From: Croceimicrobium sp.
GTDB taxonomy: Bacteria; Bacteroidota; Bacteroidia; Flavobacteriales; Schleiferiaceae
Length of the DNA stretch: 64,000 bases
Assembly: GCA_965658965.1 (NCBI GenBank)
Contig: CBFHVV010000006.1
Span: 367-64,366, forward strand
Reading direction: 5' to 3'
Both the position numbers and the translations under genes were made by a program. This document shows, one piece after another, positions 39,401 through 48,037 of the stretch (position 1 is the stretch's first letter; every line of letters starts with the position of its first letter). Below the pieces are notes generated by a model. It had not been told where the DNA came from and searched no databases. It saw nothing but the letters and a program-made list of their open reading frames with translations.

Positions 39401-40174
39401 TTACAAGCGGTGAATTACCCAGAAGCTTATCCTATTACTTATATAGCTTACGGTAACCGTGACTTTGGAACTGTAAAAGGCTTCCAGTTAGAATATGAAA
39501 TGCGTCGTACCAACAATATCAAAATTGATGCGAACTATACCTTACAGTTTGCTAATGGTACTGGTTCCAGTGCTACTACTGGTGCCAACTTGGCTAGAGC
39601 AGGTGCCGCTTCATTAAGAACGTTATTGCCATTTGACTACGATAACCGTCACCAGATTTTGGTACGTCTTGACTGGAGATATGGTAGAGGTAATCAGTAC
39701 AATGGCCCAAAAATTAACGGCAAAAAAATTCTTGAAAACTTTGGTATAAACGTTACCACAAGTGCTTTGTCTGGTCGCCCTTATACACGTCGTGATCGTG
39801 CTTACGCTGTTACAGCGGCTGCATCTTCTAGTGCGCAAACTGAAGGACAGATAAACGGTGCTCGCTTACCATGGCAAGTAACCTTCGATGTACGAATGAA
39901 CAAAAGCTTTATGTTAGATGCGCGCGGTCGTAAGACTATCGATGTCTACATTCAGGTTTTAAATGCTCTGAACACCATGAACGTTGTAAACGTTTATCCT
40001 TTTACTGGCAGTCCTGATGATGACGGTTTCTTAGCCTCTCAAGCTGGACAAGCCCAGACTCAAGGTCAAATAAGCGAACAAGCTTTTATTGACTTGTATA
40101 ACCGTAGAATGGTTAGTCCATTTAATGTATCTCTGCCTCGTCGCTTCCGTTTGGGAGTTGCGTATAATTTTTAA
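36491..40174 (+). CDS. Oar-like giant TonB-dependent outer-membrane barrel (CarboxypepD_reg + plug + about 1000-aa barrel)
   Basis: The ATG at 36491 gives MGKKLLLLLFTTLASVAFAQQ. CarboxypepD_reg-like GSLRGTVTDKGTGETVPFANVVIKD...GTYLVEASFTG. Plug NIRGARGEGTVYFIDGVKMRG...EVITGGLPAQYGDAIGGVINTTTRG. The protein ends in ...RFRLGVAYNF. Confidence 0.85.
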   Translation: MGKKLLLLLFTTLASVAFAQQRPGSLRGTVTDKGTGETVPFANVVIKDASGTVLTGGTTDFDGKYNINPVSPGTYLVEASFTGLATVKVEGVVISPSSITIQNFDMREESAMLGEVVIKYEAPLIDATKTSKITTQEDIQNMAVRDITSVAGQAAGVTQDANGNTNIRGARGEGTVYFIDGVKMRGSVNIPQAAIAQTEVITGGLPAQYGDAIGGVINTTTRGPSGEWFGSAEILTSMPFKYLTRGDGSPILDGQNYNLAAFTIGGPLYKNDKGQSIVGFLFSSEFLYIEEPRPVPSSIPYIKLDEDVLASLQQTPILVDPNGTAINLASEFVTEDDLSNIWQRPNSYANDVRLTGNVQIKTSRNTNLTVGGRLVYSNDRAANYGSHVFNYENNMNTINSDWQAYVRFQQTFDNDTSANSLIKNAYYNIQVDYTRDFNETKDVNHGKNFFNYGYTGKYDVATRPAYVPGTDTTLGLDGLLYVGDFDLGVDYTPGGVNPNRDNYITEFFNIAASNPGINSRTIDEILGYGLPINGFNPRSVYGLWTNTGTQLGGYNVSRNSQFRVTASTNFDIGDHSLIAGFEYEQRIDRAYGLGAQGLWTRMRLLQNQPNSQLDLSNPLPVYDGFGNFQDTINYNYAYNEQDASQFSERIRAALGLDPRGVDQINIDNLDPSMFSLDMFSADELINPNGAASVSYYGYDYTGEVSSENSSIADFFQARDENGRYLRPVAAFQPIYIAGYVQDQFAFRDLTFNVGVRVDRFDLNQSVLKDPYVLYPAYNVGDLSGSPLSEDAVSNIPAGIGQDYAVYVSSFDYGSASIVGYRNGDQFFDASGSPITDPGILSDAAGGGIKPFLVTPPGDETTVGSDIPAESFVDYEPQTVVMPRIAFNFPITDEAIFIAHYDVLAQRPTTGFSRLDPFDYLNLTNLRNGGILNNPNLLPQKTTEYELAFKQALTKKSALKIAAFYRELRDLLQAVNYPEAYPITYIAYGNRDFGTVKGFQLEYEMRRTNNIKIDANYTLQFANGTGSSATTGANLARAGAASLRTLLPFDYDNRHQILVRLDWRYGRGNQYNGPKINGKKILENFGINVTTSALSGRPYTRRDRAYAVTAAASSSAQTEGQINGARLPWQVTFDVRMNKSFMLDARGRKTIDVYIQVLNALNTMNVVNVYPFTGSPDDDGFLASQAGQAQTQGQISEQAFIDLYNRRMVSPFNVSLPRRFRLGVAYNF

Positions 40175-40192
40175 ATTTAAAGAAGTAACTGC

Positions 40193-43100
40193 ATGAAATT
40201 CAGAAACTTTTTAGCATACTCTTTAGTATTAAGCCTAGGCTTTGGAGGCCTAAGCGCTAAAGAAAAGCCGCATGGCAATAACAACAAAAAGTCGGCTCTA
40301 GAGGCATTGGCGGAAGGTTGTGCCCCGGCAACAGCACAAACTGACTTAAATATTAACAACGTAAGAGCGCGTATCCTTGGTGGTGGCGACATGTGGTGGG
40401 ATTTAAATGATGCCCAGTATGAAGTGCCAAAAGGAAGTAATAAGCACTCTATGTTTGCTGGTGCCCTTTGGTTGGGTGGTTACGATGATGCCGATCAATT
40501 AAAGCTTGCTGCAATGACCTATCGTCAAAGCGGTGTGGATTATTGGCCTGGACCTCTTGATGATGATGCTTCAATTACAGAAGAAACTTGTCAAGAGTAT
40601 GACCAGCAATGGACGGTTTATCGTTCGGAGGTGGAAACTCATAAAGCGTGGATCGACTGTAAAGAAGACCCAACTTGTGATACTGAAGCACGCTTCCCAG
40701 GATATGCTGGTAATATTCCAGAAAGCATTATCGAATGGCCAGGAAATGGCATCAACGGAAGTTTACCCTATAAATTAGCCCCTTTTGGTGAATCTGATAC
40801 TAACGGTATCCCTGGCTTTTACGAGTATGAGTGGGATTACCCAGGTTACGACTTTACCCGTGAGGCTGATTGTCAAGATAAGGAAGTAGACTTACTTTAT
40901 GGTGATCAAACTATCTGGTGGGTATATAATGATAAAGGAAATATACATACTGAAACTAATGCCGCTTCTTTAGGTTTTGAAATTCGTGCACAAGCATTTG
41001 CCTTTACTGCAAATGATGAGGTAAACAACATGACTTTCAATAACTATCGTATCATCAACCGTTCTACTTTCCGTTTAAGAGATACTTATTTTGGTACTTG
41101 GTTTGACGCGGATTTAGGAAACCCTTTTGATGATATTATCGGTTCTGATATCGCTCGTGGTTTAGGTTATGTTTACAATGGTGATACAGACGACGAAGGA
41201 GCCTTAGGCTATGGAGCAAATCCTCCAGCCGTAGGTTTTGACTTCTTCCAAGGTCCATTCGCAGATTATGGCGATGGTCTAGATAATGATCGTGATGGTT
41301 GTGTTGATGGGGTTCGTATTGACGGAATTTGTGTGGCTGAAGATGAGTCAATCGGTCTTAATGAGCGTATCATTATGTCGGGTTTCATGTATTACAACAA
41401 CTCTAATAACTTTAATGGCCCTCCGGGAACAACCGATCCGAATACAGCTCAAGAGTTTTATAACTTATTGAATAGCCTTTGGAAAGATGGACGTTCTTTA
41501 GTGGTAGAGAGTCCAGCAGGAAAAGGTAATCCCGGCAACGGTGATGGCTATAATAATAACGATCCTTCCTTGGAGGTAACAAAATTTGCCTACCCAGGAA
41601 ATTCATTTGACACTACTGGTTTTACTGAACCTACTTCGGACAGAGATTGGTTTGAATCTCCTAATAATCAGGCGGATAAGCGTGGACTTCACTGTGCTGG
41701 TCCTTTCTCACTTGCTCCTGGAGCGCTAAACTTTATTACTACTGGTGCGGTGTGGGCTAGAAACTTTACTAGTCAAGACCTTTTTGCCTCTGTAAATGAC
41801 GTGATTGTAGCAGACGATAAGGCTCAGCAATTATTCGACAACTGTTTTCAAGTATTAGATGGACCTAATGCACCAGATGTAGAGATTGTTGAATTGGACC
41901 GTGAATTATTAATTAACTTCATAGATCCATTCGGTGAAGAGACTATCGGATATGTTCAAACTGATCCGAGAATTCCACCAGATCCAAACTGGACGGCAAC
42001 ACAGATTGACAGTGCAAGAAGAGCACTATATTTTGATTATGTTTTCGAAGGATTCCAGATTTTCCAAGTGGCTAATGCAGATGTAGGTGTTGATGAATTA
42101 TACGATGTTTCACAATCTCGCTTAATCGCACAGTCTGACTTGAAAAATGGCATTGGTCAATTGGTGAATTATTTTGAATCACCAGACTTATTGGGTAATC
42201 CATTAACTCCGCAAGACATGACCATTGCTGCTACCGATAACGGAATTAAGTTAAGCTACCGTGTTTTAGAAGATGCTTTCGCAGAAGGTGGTCGTGGTTT
42301 AGTTAATCATAAAGAATACTATTTCTATGTTTTGGCATATGCTCAAAACGACTATTTGACCTTTGTGCCAGGTATTAGTGGCGATAACGCTAATGGACAA
42401 AAAACTCCATATCTAGCGGGACGTAGAAATATTGGGGAAAACTCTAAACCTTATTTAGGAATACCAAGTAAGATAGAAAGCCGTAATAATGGTACTACTC
42501 TGAATAGTGAATGGGGTGATTTGATAGAAATTACACGCATCGCTGGTAAAGGAAATGGAACGAATTATTTACGTGTTAATACGGAAACCGAAGAAAGAAT
42601 TATAAGTGAGGGTTCTTCTCAGGAAGTTACTTACTTATCTGGCTTCGCTCCTGTTGAAATTAAGGTGGTAGATCCTTATGAAATTGGGGATGGCTCGTAC
42701 CAATTGCGTTTTACAGATCTTAATAATACTCGCTCTTGGGAATTGATTGACTTGCAGAGAGATACTGTGATAGATGAAAGTGAGCAAGGGATAGACTATT
42801 CTGCTGAGCAGATAGTCGTTAGCAATATAACTGGTGATCCGCTTGGTTTTAGCATTACAATTAATGAGGCAATTGCTCCAGGTTTAGAGCGTGAAGGTTC
42901 GCTTAATAATGGTGTGATCGGTGGAACTATAATTTATGAGGATGCAACCAAGCCATGGCTATCAGGTTTAGCAGATTCGGATGCCAATAATCCTACAAAC
43001 TGGATATTAGCGGGGTCTAACGACATCACAGACGATGAGAATTTACCAGCTTACTATTATAATGATTACTCTGCTGGTGATAATAATGTAGATCCACAAG

Positions 43101-44284
43101 GAGAGTTCGAAACTATATTAGGTGGAACTTGGGGACCAGTTGCATTAGCGAGTAATGTTCCTTTAGCCGGAACACCATCTGGCTCACCAGTTGGTGATCA
43201 AAGCCCTGGTTATCCTTTACGTGATGGTAACAATTTTAACCGCATGTATCCGATTAGTGATTTACCGAATATTGATGTGGTAATTTCACCAGACCCAGAA
43301 AAGTGGTCACGTGTACCTGTTTTAGAAATGGGTAACCTAGCAGCAGCTAACGATGGAGGTGTAAGCACTTTCCGCTTACGCTCTGGCGCTAGTCTTAATA
43401 AGACTTCAACAGGAGAATTAGTACCTGATCCATCTAGTACTGGCTGGAGTTATTTCCCAGGTTACGCTTACAATGTTGAAACAGGAAGTCGTCTTAACCT
43501 AGTTATTGCTGAAAACTCTTGGTTAAAGAGTGAGAATGGTGATGATATGCTGTGGAATCCTACTGCAAACCTTACCCAAAAACTGGGAACTTTCGCAGCG
43601 GGTGGAATGCACGTTATTTATGTCCTAGCAGATTCCGGTACTGTTAATAATCAAACAATTGACCTTACTTACCAAGGTGATGCCATTGATGATTATCCAT
43701 TGAAAGCTGAGTTTGAGAATTTCGGTAGCTCGCTAACTAGAACTTCAGTTTGGGGTTCGATGACTTGGTGTTCTGTTGGAATGCTTTCTAGTAATCAGTT
43801 TGCTTTCGACGATTACCGCGATATTCCTACTGAAGCTAGAGTAGAGATCCGTGTTCAGAGTCCATTTGGAAGATCAAGTGATATGGAGAACAACGGAAAT
43901 CCTTTGTATGAATTCTCTATGGATGGCCTACAGTCGATTACCAATGACCTAGACGTTGCTAATTCAGCACTGGATCAAATACGTGTGGTTCCTAATCCTT
44001 ATTATGGCTCTTCAGGTTATGAAGATGGACAGTTAGATAATATTGTGAAGATTACTAACCTACCACCACGTTGTGAGATTAATATTTTCATGCCCAATGG
44101 TACTTTAGTAAGAACCATTAATAAGGATAACTCCCTAACTTTTACGGAGTGGGATCTTAAGAATGAGTTCAATGTACCGATCGCTAGTGGGATTTATTTA
44201 CTTCACATTGATGCTGGTGCGGCTGGACAGAAGGTTATTAAGTGGATGGGTAGCTTAAGACCTGTTGACCTTAACGCCTTTTAA
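40193..44284 (+). CDS. 1363-aa secreted protein of unknown function with T9SS-CTD/FlgD-Ig-like C-terminal domain
   Basis: Signal peptide MKFRNFLAYSLVLSLGFGGLSA. A Ca-binding-like GDGLDNDRDGCVDG motif. C-terminal IRVVPNPYYG...ITNLPPRCEINIFMPNGTLVRTI...WDLKNEFNVPIASGIYLLHID... Confidence 0.6.
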   Translation: MKFRNFLAYSLVLSLGFGGLSAKEKPHGNNNKKSALEALAEGCAPATAQTDLNINNVRARILGGGDMWWDLNDAQYEVPKGSNKHSMFAGALWLGGYDDADQLKLAAMTYRQSGVDYWPGPLDDDASITEETCQEYDQQWTVYRSEVETHKAWIDCKEDPTCDTEARFPGYAGNIPESIIEWPGNGINGSLPYKLAPFGESDTNGIPGFYEYEWDYPGYDFTREADCQDKEVDLLYGDQTIWWVYNDKGNIHTETNAASLGFEIRAQAFAFTANDEVNNMTFNNYRIINRSTFRLRDTYFGTWFDADLGNPFDDIIGSDIARGLGYVYNGDTDDEGALGYGANPPAVGFDFFQGPFADYGDGLDNDRDGCVDGVRIDGICVAEDESIGLNERIIMSGFMYYNNSNNFNGPPGTTDPNTAQEFYNLLNSLWKDGRSLVVESPAGKGNPGNGDGYNNNDPSLEVTKFAYPGNSFDTTGFTEPTSDRDWFESPNNQADKRGLHCAGPFSLAPGALNFITTGAVWARNFTSQDLFASVNDVIVADDKAQQLFDNCFQVLDGPNAPDVEIVELDRELLINFIDPFGEETIGYVQTDPRIPPDPNWTATQIDSARRALYFDYVFEGFQIFQVANADVGVDELYDVSQSRLIAQSDLKNGIGQLVNYFESPDLLGNPLTPQDMTIAATDNGIKLSYRVLEDAFAEGGRGLVNHKEYYFYVLAYAQNDYLTFVPGISGDNANGQKTPYLAGRRNIGENSKPYLGIPSKIESRNNGTTLNSEWGDLIEITRIAGKGNGTNYLRVNTETEERIISEGSSQEVTYLSGFAPVEIKVVDPYEIGDGSYQLRFTDLNNTRSWELIDLQRDTVIDESEQGIDYSAEQIVVSNITGDPLGFSITINEAIAPGLEREGSLNNGVIGGTIIYEDATKPWLSGLADSDANNPTNWILAGSNDITDDENLPAYYYNDYSAGDNNVDPQGEFETILGGTWGPVALASNVPLAGTPSGSPVGDQSPGYPLRDGNNFNRMYPISDLPNIDVVISPDPEKWSRVPVLEMGNLAAANDGGVSTFRLRSGASLNKTSTGELVPDPSSTGWSYFPGYAYNVETGSRLNLVIAENSWLKSENGDDMLWNPTANLTQKLGTFAAGGMHVIYVLADSGTVNNQTIDLTYQGDAIDDYPLKAEFENFGSSLTRTSVWGSMTWCSVGMLSSNQFAFDDYRDIPTEARVEIRVQSPFGRSSDMENNGNPLYEFSMDGLQSITNDLDVANSALDQIRVVPNPYYGSSGYEDGQLDNIVKITNLPPRCEINIFMPNGTLVRTINKDNSLTFTEWDLKNEFNVPIASGIYLLHIDAGAAGQKVIKWMGSLRPVDLNAF

Positions 44285-44308
44285 GAACGAAATAACGTGA
44301 ACAAACAC

Positions 44309-45349
44309 ATGAGATACTTCAACAAAATTGCAATTACCGCCTGCTTATTAGCCACTGGCTTGAGCGTAGAGGCAGGTAACCCACAAAGAGCTGGTTCGGC
44401 AGGAGCACCTGAGTTATTAATTAACCCCTGGGCTAGAGCTTCTGGTTGGGGAGGTGTTAATGTCGCTGGTGTAACCGGTGTACAATCATCCTTTATTAAT
44501 ATTGCGGGTATAGCTTCTACGGAAGGAACCGAGGTTTCTTTTACCAACACCCAGTGGATGGTAGGCGCAGGCATTAATATCAATGCTGCAGGCTTTAATC
44601 AGGCAGTAGGGTCTAATGGAGTGCTTTCGGCTAATTTCGTGTCTTTTGACTACGGTAGCTGGGAAAGGACTACAATCGACAATCCGGATGGAGGGATAGG
44701 TGAAATTAGTCCTTCTACAGCTATAATTGGCCTAGGATATGCACAACGCTTTATCAAGTCGATTCGTGGTGGGGTAAATGTTAAGATTTACACTACTAGT
44801 ATGGTGGACATGAGCGTTACTTCAGCTAGCGTTGATGCGGGTGTGCAGTACGTTACTGGTAAGAGAGAACAAGTGAAGTTTGGTATTACCTTGAGAAATA
44901 TTGGACCAGCTGCTCGGTATGATGGAGAAGGTCAGTCTGTTACTTTAGTAGTGCCACAAGGAGGTTATGCTCAAGAGTTCAGCGAAAGAAGTGAAGCCTT
45001 CGAATTACCGACGACACTTTCCATTGGTGGTAGCTATGATTTTGAGTTTGAACAGCAAAGACTAACCGTCGCGGGATCATTTCAATCAAATTCTTTTGAA
45101 AAAGACTTGTATACAGCAGGAGTTGAGTACAGTTTTAAAGAGTTGTTAAGCTTTAGAGCGGGTTATACCCTTTGGGATAACCGTGATTTCGAAGTTACCA
45201 CGACTGTCTTTACGGGCTTCAGTGCTGGTATGTCGCTTGACTTACCCCTTAGCAAGAATAATGATAACATGTTCGGTCTAGACTATTCTTACCGTAGTAC
45301 ATCATTTTTCGACGGTGTACATAGCATAGGAGTATCGGTATCTTTATAG
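44309..45349 (+). CDS. PorV/PorQ-family outer-membrane beta-barrel
   Basis: Signal peptide (the track start at 44297 is GTG; an ATG lies at 44309). The N-terminal GSAGAPELLINPWARASGWGGVNVAG matches the PorV-family (F/L)L.I.P.AR..GMGG motif. The rest shows an alternating beta-strand pattern. Confidence 0.65.
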   Translation: MRYFNKIAITACLLATGLSVEAGNPQRAGSAGAPELLINPWARASGWGGVNVAGVTGVQSSFINIAGIASTEGTEVSFTNTQWMVGAGININAAGFNQAVGSNGVLSANFVSFDYGSWERTTIDNPDGGIGEISPSTAIIGLGYAQRFIKSIRGGVNVKIYTTSMVDMSVTSASVDAGVQYVTGKREQVKFGITLRNIGPAARYDGEGQSVTLVVPQGGYAQEFSERSEAFELPTTLSIGGSYDFEFEQQRLTVAGSFQSNSFEKDLYTAGVEYSFKELLSFRAGYTLWDNRDFEVTTTVFTGFSAGMSLDLPLSKNNDNMFGLDYSYRSTSFFDGVHSIGVSVSL

Positions 45350-45390
45350 TATTCGATCAGAATCCAATATTTTATATATTTGCATTAGGA

Positions 45391-45417
45391 AAAGACCTCT
45401 CTGAGGTCTTTTTTTTG
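45391..45417 (+). terminator. Intrinsic terminator (end of the OM module, within the greA upstream region)
   Basis: aaaaGACCTCtctGAGGTCtttttttt. Confidence 0.8.
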
Positions 45418-45437
45418 TTTGCTAAAACTCACACAAA

Positions 45438-45911
45438 ATGGCGATAAACTATTATTCTCCCGAAGGTCTTGAAAGACTTAAAAAAGAGCTAGAACATATG
45501 AAGTCGGTGGAGCGTCCCCGTATTTCAAACCAAATTGCAGAAGCGAGGGATAAAGGTGATCTTTCGGAAAATGCTGAATATGATGCTGCTAAAGAGGCTC
45601 AGGGTCTTTTGGAAATGAAGATAAGTAAGCTAGAGGACAGCTTATCCAACGCACGCCTGCTGGATAGCTCAAAGGTAGACACATCTAAAGTGATGGTGCT
45701 CTCTAAGGTGGTTATAAAGAATAGTAAAAATGGTGCTACCATGACTTATCGTTTGGTAAGTGAGAATGAAGCGGATTTGAAAAATGCTAAAATTTCTATT
45801 AATAGTCCGATTGGTAAAGGCCTAGTTGGAAAGAAGGTGGGCGATATTGCGGAAATTACTACTCCGGCAGGCTTGATGAGTTTTGAGATTATTGAAGTAA
45901 GCATGGATTAA
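45438..45911 (+). CDS. greA: Transcription elongation factor GreA
   Basis: 157 aa with GDLSENAEYDAAKE and a C-terminal FKBP-like domain. Confidence 0.93.
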   Translation: MAINYYSPEGLERLKKELEHMKSVERPRISNQIAEARDKGDLSENAEYDAAKEAQGLLEMKISKLEDSLSNARLLDSSKVDTSKVMVLSKVVIKNSKNGATMTYRLVSENEADLKNAKISINSPIGKGLVGKKVGDIAEITTPAGLMSFEIIEVSMD

Positions 45912-45912
45912 T

Positions 45913-46308
45913 ATGGCTTCAATCTTTTCTAAAATAGTTGCTGGAGAAATTCCGAGTTATAAAATTGCTGAAACTGATAATTGCTATGCATTTCTAGATA
46001 TCATGCCACTGCATGGAGGGCATACTTTAGTGATTCCTAAAAAGGAGGTGGATTACCTGTTCGACCTGCCAGATGAGCAGTACCAAGAATTGATGCTGTT
46101 TTCAAAGAAAGTTGCGCATGCCGTTGGAAAAGCAATTCCCTGCAAAAGAGTGGGTGTTGCGGTACTAGGTTTAGAGGTACCACACGCTCATATTCATTTG
46201 ATACCGATAAATGCAGTAAGTGATATCGACTTTAGCAGAAAGAAGCTGGAGTTTACTTCTACACAAATGGAAGAATATGCTGCCTCCATTCGTTCTAAGC
46301 TTAATTAA
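45913..46308 (+). CDS. HIT-family hydrolase
   Basis: Histidine triad HAHIHLIP. Confidence 0.85.
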   Translation: MASIFSKIVAGEIPSYKIAETDNCYAFLDIMPLHGGHTLVIPKKEVDYLFDLPDEQYQELMLFSKKVAHAVGKAIPCKRVGVAVLGLEVPHAHIHLIPINAVSDIDFSRKKLEFTSTQMEEYAASIRSKLN

Positions 46309-46861
46309 TCCGATCTGGGTTATTGCGTATAAATTTATCCCAAGAATTTTTTCCTTGAAGCCCCGCTAAAGGATTACTGGATTGATAGTGGTGGCATAAT
46401 GCCACGGCTAAGCCGTCTGATGCGTCCAAGTATTTTGTTTCAAGCTTGGTCTCGAAAGTTCTTTCAAGCATCGCATAGACCTGCTCTTTACTTGCTGCTC
46501 CTTTACCAGTAATGCTTTGTTTAATTTTTCGCGGGGCGTACTCTTCTATCGGTATATTTCGGTACAGACCAGCCGCCATAATAACGCCTTGCGCACGGCC
46601 TAGTTTGAGCATACTTTGCACATTCTTGCCAAAAAATGGTGCCTCAACTGCCATTTCATCGGGGAGATAGGTTTCAATGAGGCCGAGGGTACTTTCAAAG
46701 ATTTCTTTTAGTCGCAAAATTGCGGAGTCCTTTACCTTAAACTTAATACTGTCTAGGTGCACTAATTCAGCCTTTTTAGACTTTATTCGTAATACTCCGT
46801 ATCCCATAATTTGGGTGCCTGGATCAATTCCTAAAATTATTTTCTCCATCTCTAGGGCCAA
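46301..46861 (-). CDS. ruvC: Holliday junction resolvase RuvC
   Basis: ILGIDPGTQIMGYGVL..., EAPFFGKNVQSMLKLGRAQG, DASDGLAVALCH. Confidence 0.92.
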   Translation of the reverse strand: MALEMEKIILGIDPGTQIMGYGVLRIKSKKAELVHLDSIKFKVKDSAILRLKEIFESTLGLIETYLPDEMAVEAPFFGKNVQSMLKLGRAQGVIMAAGLYRNIPIEEYAPRKIKQSITGKGAASKEQVYAMLERTFETKLETKYLDASDGLAVALCHHYQSSNPLAGLQGKNSWDKFIRNNPDRIN

Positions 46862-46886
46862 AAATAATGTAATACTTTTGGCCGCT

Positions 46887-48020
46887 ATGGCCTTGCTAGG
46901 AATATCTGCTTTACTTTTAAGTTCTTCCCTATTTTATTTGGGTCTCAACTTTTTGTTAAGAAAAGGCTTGAGAAGCTTAAGGCTTGATTTTAAGACAGAA
47001 AATAAGCCGCAGAAACCGCTTGAATCTAACCTAATTATATTGGTTGCGCATTTTAATGATAGCGATAAGTTTCCCCTTCTTTTACAATCGCTGGAAAGTC
47101 AAAGTTATAATGGTCCCTTTACTCTCTACGTGGTTGATGATCATTCTGCGCAAGCGCATTTGGAAAGTTTAAAACATTCTTTAAGTAGAACTAAACTAAG
47201 GACCAAGTTAATCTGTAGCTCTAGCTTACCCGGTAAAAAACAGGCTTTATCTCAGGCGATGGAGCAATTACCAACAGGTTTCATTATTCAACTTGATGCG
47301 GATGTTATATTAGGGAGCAAATTTTTGGAAGAGCTCATAGACAAAAGGCAAACTGCCGGCGGAGAGATTTTTTTAGGCTTAGTTAGAATGCTACCTAAGC
47401 CAAACTTTATTAGCCGCTTTGCTGCTTTCGAGTTCTTAAGTCTGCAGATGAGCGGTCTCGCTCTAACATCCTTAGGCAGGCCTATTATGGCTAATGGTGC
47501 TGCCATGGCATATGAAAGTAGGATTTGGTCTCGTTTTAAAACCGTGGGCGAAAATTGGGCCAGTGGGGATGATAGCTTTTTAGTGCAAGCGGCGGCCAAA
47601 GATAAAAGCCTTGGCATAAGAGCTGTACCACAAGCAAGTGTGCAAACCGATGCGCCGGAGGATTGGACAAGTTTCTTTAGTCAGCGTGTTCGTTGGGGAG
47701 CAAAAACAGTAGCTTATCCGAGTAACTTCGCGAAAATTGTGGCCCTGATAGTCGCTTACTGTAACCTAGCTTTGGTGTTTAGTTTCAGTATGTCTTTAGC
47801 GCTTAGTTGGACAAGTTTACCTTTAGTGGTATTGGCATTTTTAGGAAAAGCTGCATTGGATTATCCGCTTTTAAATGATTTTGCTAAGCGTACCGGTCAG
47901 GAAAGTTTAGTGAAAGGCTATTTTCTCTCGGCTCTATTTTATCCTTTTTATATCTTGATTAGCCTTATTTTAATTGCCCTTCCAGTAAATAAAAAATGGA
48001 AGGGGAGGGCTTATCGCTAA
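46887..48020 (+). CDS. Membrane-bound family-2 glycosyltransferase
   Basis: The track ORF starts at 46677 inside ruvC. The ATG at 46887 (MALLGISALLL) is the plausible start. Motifs YVVDDHS, QLDAD and RVRWG, plus C-terminal TM helices. Confidence 0.75.
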   Translation: MALLGISALLLSSSLFYLGLNFLLRKGLRSLRLDFKTENKPQKPLESNLIILVAHFNDSDKFPLLLQSLESQSYNGPFTLYVVDDHSAQAHLESLKHSLSRTKLRTKLICSSSLPGKKQALSQAMEQLPTGFIIQLDADVILGSKFLEELIDKRQTAGGEIFLGLVRMLPKPNFISRFAAFEFLSLQMSGLALTSLGRPIMANGAAMAYESRIWSRFKTVGENWASGDDSFLVQAAAKDKSLGIRAVPQASVQTDAPEDWTSFFSQRVRWGAKTVAYPSNFAKIVALIVAYCNLALVFSFSMSLALSWTSLPLVVLAFLGKAALDYPLLNDFAKRTGQESLVKGYFLSALFYPFYILISLILIALPVNKKWKGRAYR

Positions 48021-48037
48021 GCCGCGATTACCTTTAT

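Noticed and set aside
40193-44284. The 1363-aa protein upstream of the PorV-like gene might be the T9SS sortase PorU.
   Set aside because: I could find no GHG or Cys-peptidase C25-like catalytic motifs in the sequence. Only size, CTD-like end and gene order resemble PorU. A profile search is needed to exclude it fully.
46677-46886. An N-terminal extension of the glycosyltransferase ORF.
   Set aside because: It lies entirely antisense within ruvC. The ATG at 46887 follows the ruvC start and gives a TM helix.
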